DNA of 63,129 nucleotides, the filler included, from Reticulomyxa filosa (Eukaryota; Protista; Foraminifera), in the NCBI GenBank assembly GCA_000512085.1. It is 12 parts of 12 records of this genome, joined end to end, with 100 filler letters (N's around TTAATTAATTAA, not from the genome) between each part and the next. Parts side by side here need not be neighbours in the genome. Positions count along the whole stretch, not along the records: positions 18,353 to 28,313 come from ASPP01003277.1; positions 28,414 to 34,507 come from ASPP01009136.1; positions 34,608 to 36,631 come from ASPP01004827.1; positions 36,732 to 39,474 come from ASPP01045642.1; 8 more parts are not named here. One strand, written 5' to 3'. The position numbers were made by a program, and so were the translations under genes. Below, piece by piece: positions 26,564 to 36,813 of the stretch. Position 1 is the stretch's first letter. Each line of letters begins with the position of its first letter. The notes beneath the pieces were generated by a model that was not told the DNA's origin, did no database searches, and was given only the letters and a program-made list of their open reading frames with translations.

Positions 26564-28220
26564 GTTTATTCTTTTTTTTTTTTTTTTTTTTTGTTCATTC
26601 ATCCATTTTTTTAGTTTTTTTTTTTTTTTGTGTGTGCTGTCCCTTTTGAGAACTGGTCGAATTGCTGGATCTTGAACACTTTTGGGGCATCAAAGTTGAG
26701 TGAACTTGACAAATTAGATCGGAGGTGGGTCCAATTCAAAGCATTATTCAAATGAAATGTTTGAACAAGAGACTCTCCTATCAGGCATGAGTTAATGATC
26801 TCAAACATGCCAAAAGTCGATACATTTTGGCTATAGTAATCGTTGTTGCCATTGTACTTAATTGTTACATTTCCACCACCTGTTAAAGTTAACAGCAATT
26901 GTCCCAATTGACTATTTCCCAAATGAACTTCAAAATCATCTAATCGAACACAAAAGTCGGCCCATCCCACTATTATCAAAGTAAACAATGAAAGGAATAG
27001 CATCATCACCGTTCCAAGACACATTCCAGAACACCAATTTCTATTGATACGAGCAAACGAATATTTGTCAGTGATTGCTTGTCGTGGATTTACTTGCACA
27101 TTAGCACATGCGTACATGTTTATACGTACATATAAATATATGAATATATGTACGAAACATTTTGAATAACCACTTGCTCCATATTAGGGCTCCAGCGATA
27201 GACAATATGACCCATATGAACGGTATAGAAAAAAACAAGGATCCAGCAGTTTGGCGTTGGACATCATATTCATCGATTTGGTCCAACATGTGATCAGTCG
27301 CTGTTGAAGCATTGCGAATGGAATGGAGTAAACTGTTCATCGAGTGATAATACGACGATACTTGTTCATCAATCAAAGTGTGGGCCTCGCTAAGCAATTT
27401 GGTCCCATTCAAGGCATTTGACAAATAATTTAACGACTTTAGCGTCTATTTTTCATTGTTATTTGTTTGCAGTCCTGCATGTAGGAATGTGGATATACAT
27501 ATAGCAGCGTAGAGGGGACAGAGGAGTACGTATAACCAGAGGAGTTAGAGTCGAGTTGAGTGATCGAATGGAACTTCCAACGTCGTTGCAGTACGTACAA
27601 GTGATATTGTATTGGACACTCTGAGTCGTATCATATGCATATTTAATAGTCGCCGAAAACACAATGTCATGGCCATACTTTTCCGTCAAATTGCCCATCA
27701 CGTGAATAATATTGTTCGTGGCATTGGAAATGCCGTTTTTCTTAACTACTTTGTTCACGGCATTTACGATTAGTTCTAAGTTGTCCCTGCATTCATATGG
27801 AAAAAAATAAACTTATAAAAAACATCATAATGACAAAAAAAACTTAACAAAATAAAAGTAGAAACAGGCTCAATTCCTTTAAATTTTTGGATAAAAGTGT
27901 CGAACATGTCCACAGTGATGGTTTGAAACGACCCATCCTTTTTACCAAATATGTCATTGTGCAATTGGGTGTTGCCATAATTTCCTTCCGAACCTCCCCA
28001 AACAATGAAACACAATGCGATTCCCAAAGTCAACAAAGGTGTATATTTCCTAATTTTGCTGCCCTTATTACTATCCCAAACGAGGCGACAGCAGCATTTT
28101 TTCGTCCATTTTTCGCACGTACACCAAGGCACGCAGCACACGCAATACGACACCAATAGCAACAGCGCAAGCGCAAATGGTATCAATCCGATGCCAATTA
28201 TCGAAGTCAAATAAGACTAT
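25595..28220 (-). CDS. Prominin/Tweety-like five-TM glycoprotein, multi-exon, probably 5'-truncated
   Basis: TM1, Cys-rich loop (CVCC..CTC..CCCR), TM2, large NxS/T-rich loop, TM3, TM4 ending WADFC, second glycosylated loop, TM5 (GLMLIAFFSIAVVIC), short tail. Confidence 0.6.
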
Positions 28221-28313
28221 TCAAACATGCCAGCATGTTTAATGAAAGACAATTACGTATACATATATAAATAAATAAATATACACATATATGTATATAT
28301 ATATATATATATA

Positions 28314-28413
28314 NNNNNNNNNNNNNNNNNNNNNNNNNNNNNNNNNNNNNNNNNNNNTTAATTAATTAANNNNNNNNNNNNNNNNNNNNNNNNNNNNNNN
28401 NNNNNNNNNNNNN
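28314..28413. other. Artificial contig linker
   Basis: 44N-TTAATTAATTAA-44N. Confidence 0.98.
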
Positions 28414-30057
28414 AATAATAATGACAATCCAAATATACCAGCTCTGTCTGTAGAAACACTTGTCCATTCGGATCGGGAGCCCGTCTTGAGTGATGACCGC
28501 GACATGGCTCCGAATAAAACCCCGTTCATGATAGGCGAGATTATCACATGCGTGCTCTCGTACGTGAGTCCCAGTGCGAGTGGCAACGGGACCAACAAGT
28601 TGCTGATGTCTCTGCCGTCGAATTCGAAGCAAAAGTGCAAAATCATTCGAATCATTTCCCCCACGCAAGTGCAAGTGGCGCTTCTGTCGGACGAAACAAA
28701 GACCTTTGTCGTCGACAACAACGATATCATCCCGATTGTCCCAGTTCTCCTCGAGCAACGACAACAACAACAACAGCAACAACAACAACAACAACAACAA
28801 GAACAGCATGTAAATAGACTGAGTGATCTCGATCAATTCAGTGATAAACAGACCAGTGATCAAGAGGAAACGGAAAACAAATCCAACTATTTCCACTCGC
28901 AAAAAGAGCCAGAACCACTCAGCAAACACGTACACGATTTTGCGAGGATATTTTGGGAGCATCGACACCACATTCCTTTGAACCAAGTCAAAGATCAAAA
29001 CGGACGAACGCTGGTCGGATTTTCCGGCAAGAACATTGTCAAGTACCTGTCGGCACATCTTCCATCGCAAGTGATACAATTGTCGCGTCATCTGCAGGGG
29101 ACGCAAAATAGCAATAACGTTCGTGACAACAGTCATGGTCCCAATGACAATGAAAACCATAGCGACGAGGAAATGAAGTTTGAGCAAGAAGGATTATCCA
29201 AAGAGCAGGTCGTGGAGTGTTGTCAGAAATTGCTGGAATATGGATACATCCAACTTGTGTTGGTTCAAAATCAAAAGCTGGCATTTCGAAGAGAGGAGTT
29301 GGTGGACTTCAAAGGGTCGAATCGCTATTTGTATCAAATGGCCTTGGAAAAACATCGCGAGTTTGTGCTTGAAAAGGAACCCGATCGAATGGCTTGGCGA
29401 GAACAAACTGTCATTCAGGTATACTCCCATTCCCATGGCGATCGATGGATTAAAGGGACCATTGCTCAAGTCAAAAGCGATGAAATCACTGTCAATTATG
29501 GCGATCCTCAGCTGATGCAAAAGGTGGTTGATCGATGCGATGACTGTCTACGATCCGTCCCGGATTTTGTCGCTGTTCGGTCCAATTGGAAAAAAGGTAG
29601 TCCCATCGAAGTCTATTCTGCGTCGACCAAACGTTGGTGGCTGGGCGAAATCCAAGTCGTTGTCAAGGAAAATGCTCACAAAAAAGTAGATCAATTCCAA
29701 ATTTATTTCACCGTTGATGAACCCACTCCTAAGAAATTAACTAAATGGCTTCCACGCTGGTCTCCTTTACTACGTCCTCCCATGCCCTTGTCGCCCGAAT
29801 TACAAAAGTTTGTCAAAGGCTCCAAAGTGGTCGTGTACAGTGTCACGTACAATAAATATTTAGAGGGAGTGATCGTCAGCATCTTGCCTGAATATGAGGC
29901 TGTCAAAGTCACCTATGGAAATGGAGAGCTCACCAAATCGGTCGCTGTCAAGTCTGGTCTCGTCAAGCTCCTTGAAGAATATATACAAGAAGGTCAACCC
30001 GAAGTACAAACTATTAACCACGATGTCAATTTGCCTTTGCCTATCGCTGATGAGTAA
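28414..30057 (+). CDS. DEP-like domain plus three Tudor/Agenet-like beta-barrel repeats, poly-Gln; 5'-truncated
   Basis: Single long ORF. FSGKNIVKYL...VVECCQKLLEYGYIQ..F....YLYQ is DEP-like; three repeats of (W/F)..G..(I/V).VYS....(W/Y)..G.I...V.Y. Confidence 0.6.
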   Translation, partial: NNNDNPNIPALSVETLVHSDREPVLSDDRDMAPNKTPFMIGEIITCVLSYVSPSASGNGTNKLLMSLPSNSKQKCKIIRIISPTQVQVALLSDETKTFVVDNNDIIPIVPVLLEQRQQQQQQQQQQQQQEQHVNRLSDLDQFSDKQTSDQEETENKSNYFHSQKEPEPLSKHVHDFARIFWEHRHHIPLNQVKDQNGRTLVGFSGKNIVKYLSAHLPSQVIQLSRHLQGTQNSNNVRDNSHGPNDNENHSDEEMKFEQEGLSKEQVVECCQKLLEYGYIQLVLVQNQKLAFRREELVDFKGSNRYLYQMALEKHREFVLEKEPDRMAWREQTVIQVYSHSHGDRWIKGTIAQVKSDEITVNYGDPQLMQKVVDRCDDCLRSVPDFVAVRSNWKKGSPIEVYSASTKRWWLGEIQVVVKENAHKKVDQFQIYFTVDEPTPKKLTKWLPRWSPLLRPPMPLSPELQKFVKGSKVVVYSVTYNKYLEGVIVSILPEYEAVKVTYGNGELTKSVAVKSGLVKLLEEYIQEGQPEVQTINHDVNLPLPIADE

Positions 30058-31271
30058 TCTTTTTCAAAAACCATAAATATATTTTTTTTATACTCAAAGC
30101 AAAAAATATATAAAGAGGGAAAAGAAGGTGAAGAGGGAAAATGAAAGGTTTTTTTATATTTTTTTTTATCATTATTTGAACCACATTTGCAACAAATGCG
30201 ATGTGTTAAAAAAAATAAAAAAAAGATAACATGCACATACATTTTAAAGAAAAATACAGATTTCAATTTTGCTGTTTTAATTTCTCCATTTTACTGTATC
30301 AATGTATAGTTGCTTTTGTTTATTCCCTTTTCCTTCTTCCTCTTGTACTTATGCAATCATATCGCAATTGTTGTACAAATAACGGCACATAATGAGAACA
30401 TAAGCAACAATTGGGAGGGATAAAAAATAAAAAATTTCTATGATTTTTTTTATTGAGGGGTTTAGTTTGTTAAGTTTTTGGTTTTTTTCTTGCGAAGAAT
30501 GGAAATTGGTCGTTTCAAAAAGTGGATTGTTACCGGTTTTTATTTGCATTTCTGAGGAGGTGGTTTTTACTTGAATGAAACAAATCCACAAAGGTTTTTT
30601 GTTTTGTTTTTTGTTCTCCTCGATTTTGTTTGTCAAGTTTGATCATTTTTTCATTGAAAACTAGTTTCATCAAATATTTGCACTGCCAAAACAATTTGGT
30701 GAAGTTTTCAACATGAAACTCCTTTTTAAGCCAATGGAAACGACCTTCCTTATATTTTCGAAGTAAGTTGAACCCTCTCCTGATTTGGGGGCGTGCTGAT
30801 ACAGGTTATTTTTTTATAAAATGATCAAACTGGTTGAAAAAATTTCAATAATGGTGCAATAAACTTACGTTAAATAACAAAAAGCGCTTTTGAGTTTTAT
30901 CAGAAAAATTTTTAAGTCCCTATTTTTTACTAACTTTTTTAGTGCACTTTTAAAAAAATTAGAGACCCAAAAAGTTCATCTGCACTTTTCTAAAAAGGGA
31001 AGCTAGAAAAATCAGCCGAATTATTCGAATGAATTGACCACACAGAATTGCAAAAATGTATGGATTATTTGGAAAAACTAGTCTGATGACTCTGTTACTT
31101 TATTCCGGTGGACAAAAGCAAAAACCAATAAAAAACAAAGCGTATTGATCGCATAACAAACACGAATGTTAAAACCGAGGGAAAAAAAAAAATAATTTTT
31201 TGCATTGTTTCGCTTTGTGTCCTTTGTAATTTCCACAGGCCCACAGTTTCTCCTTTTAATTTTCATTTATT

Positions 31272-31675
31272 CTAGCGACCCATCACTTCCAAATTGATAA
31301 CAATGTAGGCCACCATCAATGGCATTGCCCAAAAAGTATGGAAAAATTTGTAACGGTTGTGTACTGTTGAAGAAATACAAAAAAGGTAATAGAATTTTCC
31401 ATTAAAAAACCGCAAAAAAACCAAAAATTCTCAACTGTTCATGTCGATACCGCAAATAGGTGGTCCTATGGGTGAGCAAAAAAACGATTTGACTGTCAAT
31501 ACAATCCGTGAATTAACAAAACGAAAAAATAAAACCCTTCTCAACTGCAGGTTTCCTTGTCTTCTAAATATCCTTGTCGAATAAAACGCTTCTGAAAGTT
31601 TTGAAAGACATATCTTGGAGTAGAACTTGTCACAGTCACTGGTCGGCGTAATACACTAAAAGCTCTCAAACTCAT
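31272..31675 (-). CDS. 83-aa single-TM mitochondrial micro-protein (possibly COX7C-like); exons 31675-31546, 31465-31436, 31363-31272
   Basis: GT-AG splicing gives an intact 252-nt ORF: MSLRAFSVLRRPVTVTSSTPRYVFQNFQKRFIRQGYLEDKETCRPPICGIDMNIHNRYKFFHTFWAMPLMVAYIVINLEVMGR*. Confidence 0.7.
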
Positions 31676-32020
31676 TTTCCTATTGTCTTCTAATTTGCAA
31701 GACCAACAAAACTTGGTCAATAAATTCAACACACGAAATGAATGGGGCGAATGCACTTCGAAAAGTTTTTTACTCTTTTCCAAAAAAGTTTTACTCACCG
31801 GAAGCAATTTTTTTTAGCATTGTAGTGGAGTGCACAATTTACGCAACAACAATCGATCCATAAAACAAAAAATTTTGAATTGCTGCGTTGTGAGCTTGAG
31901 ATAATCGGAAAACGATCACAATGAAAAGTTTTCAGTCACCAAACGAATTAGTGCAAAAAAAAAAAAAGTGTAAATAGGATAAAATAAATAAACAAAATAA
32001 AAGTTAAAACTCAACAAAAA

Positions 32021-33720
32021 TTACCAAAGCAAAAATGACCTCAGCGCCGTTTCAATACACGAAAATGGAAACAACAACAAAATGACAACCCAGTGCTTTG
32101 GCGCTAAATTTCCAAACTGGACACAACACCCACAAACAAATAAAGCCACAAACAAATATATATCATCTCCACTTAATGTACCACACTCAACCCTTTCTGA
32201 TTCTTTGCACCTTTCTTGTCCAGCACCAATATTACCATACCGTGTACCAACTTGCGCTCCACTGGAACGGTAGGATATTTTCCTTGGTCTTGTAAGCAGA
32301 TACCTTGTGACGACAACATCTACTACCATGGCTGCACCAAAAACGCATGAAAGTGTTACGTAAAAAAAAAATTCCCCTCCATGCGATTGTGCTATTAGTG
32401 CTAACGTCACAAATGATGGATAAATTATCAATGAGATTATCACAAATGACCAATGCTGATATTCCTTTGGAAAGCTATGTTTCCATCGATATCCAAAAAC
32501 AGATCTCTGGGGCAGCAGACGCTCGTACACCACATCTCCTAAGTTCATTCCCATTCCCACTGCAGCTATCTTTGAGGAATACAACGCTGCAATCGTTGAG
32601 AACGCTGCATGGCATCTAACCCCCCTCCCAAAAAACCCCTATTATTACCATTAATTACAAAACTCCTCCCTTCCCTATCCGCGTCTATTGTTTCACTCCT
32701 TTTTTTTTTTTTTTTTTTGTGTGTTTTTTCCCTTTAATTTTTTTTTGTTTATCCAACTCAGCAAAAACATAGAAACACTTTAAATAGTTGTAAACTCCGA
32801 ATAAAAAATTATGAAAATTCACAAAAAAAAACACTTAACAAAGCTCTCACGAAATACCACAAACTTGTGTCATTCAACTCAACGACAAATTCATTTATAA
32901 ATCGAGAGACCAATCTTTTAAGAGAACAAAAAAAATAAAAAATAAAAAAATTGAACAAATGAAGCATGATGAATAAAAAAATAAAGGGGAGGACAGAGAG
33001 GGAAATGATAATGATAGTTTTATATCTCAATTGTGCCTACCCAGATCGTTCCATGTAAAATTGCACAAAACCATCAGCATTTGACTCATGAATAGGGCTG
33101 ACAGTGGGATCACTGCTTAGAAAACAATGTTTTGTCGATGCTTCTTTTCGCAGTTTGTAATCAATTGAGAGTGCTATTTTTCGGAGTCCGTTGGTCCATG
33201 TGCACAGTTCGGACCAACAAACACATCTCACAACGCAAAACACTGCCACAGAAACAGAAAAAAATTCTCCGTAAAACAATAGCACCACTCCAATCAATAC
33301 TTTTAGCCAATCCAATGACAGATGAAGGGTTAGCATATCAAACATCCAGCGCAGTTGGATATATTTGCCATACAGCAGATACCGATGTTTATCAATTCCC
33401 CAAATTATGCTTTGACACTGCGAACAGATCAAATTCGCTATTCTTTGAGTGAACTAAATTGTATTAAATTAACACACAACCATTCACTCCTTTTTTTTTT
33501 TCGCTTCTCTCTCTTGTGTCTTTTCGGAAAAAGACAAAATTGTACCATTTTTGTAAAAGAGACAGAAGGAACGGGAACATGAGTCTTTACTCCAACTGTA
33601 CTTCCAAATATTACTTGACTTGTTTGCGACATGATGTACTTTTTTTCTTATTCTTTCAAAAAAAAATGATTGGCACGCTTGCAACTTTTCAACCCTTTCC
33701 AAGTGTTCCTCAATTACCAT
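32021..33720 (-). CDS. Uncharacterised multi-pass membrane protein (exon structure uncertain)
   Basis: Collinear minus-strand ORFs 33484-33720, 33037-33432 and 32021-32584 with several hydrophobic helices, separated by A/T-run introns. Confidence 0.45.
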
Positions 33721-34507
33721 TTACAGATTTGCATAATAATTCAGAGCTTTAATTGTATAATCGTAGTTGTTTCTACATCCTTACTTTTAAGGATTAAAAT
33801 ATGCTTAAAAAGAATAACTCATTAAGGAATGCCTTTTCAATTGTTTTCAATAGACCAGGATATGTTATTGAGTTGCAAAACACAATTAGCAATGCTACAG
33901 CGTTAAAGATAATTCCTTTGAATTGCAGTGAAAAGAATATAGTAACGCAAGGTTTTTTTTCTTATCAAATATCAAGTCGTTTACTTGGAAACTTTTTGTC
34001 AACAAAAATTTTTTATTCCAAAAACAAGTTCAGTGTACGACCAATTGATCGGATGATGAGCCTTCATCCCCAACATTCTGAGACATGCCATCCAAGCGTC
34101 CTAAAGCTTTTAAAAACGTTGCAAGAGAGTTTTTCAATTCAGCCAACTAAGCCAATTCCTCATGGCGTTTACGAGACCCTTTTGAACGTGCGATGGGAAC
34201 GGATTGTTTTTATATTTCAAATTTTTTCTTTGAGAAATCGCTTTTGTAGAAGGCAAGCTGGCAAACAAGTTGTGTGGGTTAAAAAAAAAAGCACATTTCA
34301 CAGTCAAAAGAGCAAGGTTCGAAAAAAAGGAAAGAATGGGAAGATGAAACCTTATCAAAATTGTATGACTCGACTTTTGCAATAGCAGCATCGACACCCC
34401 CACATTTGCAACTAGCAGAAACATTTCAGCATTTATCTGATAGTGTCATGGAGTTGTGCAATAATTAAAACAGCAAAAAAAAAAAAAAAAAAATGGCAAA
34501 AACAACA

Positions 34508-34607
34508 NNNNNNNNNNNNNNNNNNNNNNNNNNNNNNNNNNNNNNNNNNNNTTAATTAATTAANNNNNNNNNNNNNNNNNNNNNNNNNNNNNNNNNNNNN
34601 NNNNNNN
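34508..34607. other. Artificial contig linker
   Basis: 44N-TTAATTAATTAA-44N. Confidence 0.98.
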
Positions 34608-34659
34608 AAAAAAAAAAAAAAAAAAAAAAAAGGGGAAACTTTTTAACTAAAAAAAAAAA

Positions 34660-36244
34660 GGGAAAACAAGACTATGAAGCAATAATGGCCAATTCAAAAT
34701 TAGAAGTGACGGATCGCAAAAGGGAAGTGATGCAAATGGCGCAGGAGATAATGAATCGTAAGGGCGTGAATCTGGTAATGGCAACGCAGCCGAAGATGCA
34801 GTTTACGTTTGACGTAAAAACAGCGGAAAAATTTGTGAAAGACCTGGAAATTGATGATTGCGACCAACCGCAGCCGCCGATACTGGTCGTGGTGAAGGCG
34901 ACATTCAATTCGATCAGCATTGAATGGCAAATGTCGCATCCAAGTCTGGCGCTGAAAGTGAACGAGTTTGGCATTGAAGTGGCGCGCATTCGAAAAGATG
35001 AGACGAAGAAAAAAAAGTCGTCAAAAAAGTCGAAGAAGAAAAAAGGAAAAGGCAAAAAGAAGAAGAAAGGAAGCGATGACGATTCGGAAAGCGACAAGTC
35101 GGCGTCCGAGTCGGGATCTGAGTCAGAAAGTGGCAGCGATGACGAGTCGGGGTCGGACGAGGACGACAGCACAGATAAGAAGAAGGAAGAGAAAAGCTCA
35201 AAAAAAAAAAGGGGGCTGACAAGGACGACGAAAAAAAAGGAAAGGACAAGGATTTGGAAGACGATCTCATTTTGGAAAATGCTGAAGGAGATTTCACCGA
35301 GGAGGAACTGATGGGCATCAAATGGACTGAAGTTGGTCTGTTAAATAAATATGTTGTTATCTTTTTTTTTTAAGATGATATGACAATACAAAAATTATAT
35401 GTATATGATGTATGTGTATAGTTATATTTATATTTGTTATATTTTAATTCGATTTTTTCATAGAGGTAATTGGAGCAACGAAAAACAAATATCGCTCGGA
35501 AAATGGAAGGTGGCAGTATACGATTCGCGATTTGAGAGACGCGATGGTATATGGCGTTCGTGTTCGAGGTAAGAACAAATCGGGATGGGGCGGCTACAGC
35601 TCGGCCATGAAAGGAATTACCAAGAAATTAAGCATTGACAGTATCATTTTGAAAGAGAAGGAAAAGAATGCACTGCTCAAATTTGTTACTAAAAAAGAGC
35701 GCAAGAAAAGATGGAAACTCTTGTTCCGTGCTTCGAAAGATGGATTTTTGAGCACACAATTCCACGCCAAATGCGATAACAAAGGTACGACAGTCACTGT
35801 CGTTCATTCTTCTCTTGGTCAGATCTTCGGAGGTTATACAGCTTTGCCCTGGCAAGCCGGTGGAGGATCTTATCAACAAGATCCCAAAGCATTCATCTTT
35901 TTGCTTCGCTCCAATAACAAAACGTATAAAAAACCTCAAAAATGGACTGTTAAATCTGTCACTAACTCTGTATATCACTCAAGTAGCTATGGCCCAACTT
36001 TTGGTAATGTCTATATACCTTTTTTTTTTTTTTCTTTCATTTGCGAGTTTTGTTAAACATTTTGTAAATTGTGGTTTTGGAAATAGGAGGTGGATTCGAC
36101 TTTTATCTTTGCAATGGATGTAACACCACTAGTGGTAGTTATTCCAATGCTGGTCACAGCTACAATTGTCCTTCAGACCAAACTTTGTTGGCAGGTTCTT
36201 ACAACTTCATGGTGAAAGACTACGAAGTCTTTCAAATTAAATGA
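34660..36244 (+). CDS. Fibronectin type III plus TLDc domain protein, 5'-truncated
   Basis: FN3 halves ATFNSISIEW and YGVRVRGKNKSGWGGYS are separated by a Lys/Asp/Ser-rich insert. TLDc motifs WKLLFRASKDGF..FHAKCDNKG, IFGGYT, YGPTFG|GG and VKDYEVFQ; stop 36242-36244. Confidence 0.85.
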
Positions 36245-36631
36245 ATTCGAAAAAAAAGAAATCTTGTTTGAAAAAAGATTGTGTTGTTTTGACAAGGCTG
36301 TTATTAATTTTGCTGCTCTTGACCAAAAAGTTTATTCATGCAACCTTCAAGAAAGTCCAAATACCTTTTTTTTTGTATCATTAAAAAGTAACAGTTGTCT
36401 GTTGCGCAATTGTTTCTAAATCTTGTTTACTCAGTTCGTTAGGTACATCTTTAAGAAAACGGTGGAAAATATTGTTACGAGCTTCTTTTCCAGGTAACGG
36501 AAAGTAGAACATCGCCGTAAACCTTCGAATGATAGCACGATCGATATATCATCGATTATTACACATAACAATTACTGTGACATTAGCTTGGCATTGAACC
36601 AATTGTATCAAAGCATCCGATTTTGTACGTC

Positions 36632-36731
36632 NNNNNNNNNNNNNNNNNNNNNNNNNNNNNNNNNNNNNNNNNNNNTTAATTAATTAANNNNNNNNNNNNN
36701 NNNNNNNNNNNNNNNNNNNNNNNNNNNNNNN
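36632..36731. other. Artificial contig linker
   Basis: 44N-TTAATTAATTAA-44N. Confidence 0.98.
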
Positions 36732-36813
36732 TTTTTTTTTTTGGATGTCCAAATTAACCAACTAAAGGTGTAATGCTTGCATTGTCAATTTAAAAAAAAA
36801 AAAAAAAAAAAAG

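Noticed and set aside
33801-34385. 194-aa plus-strand ORF
   Set aside because: No motifs and composition like AT-rich non-coding DNA; cannot be supported as a gene.
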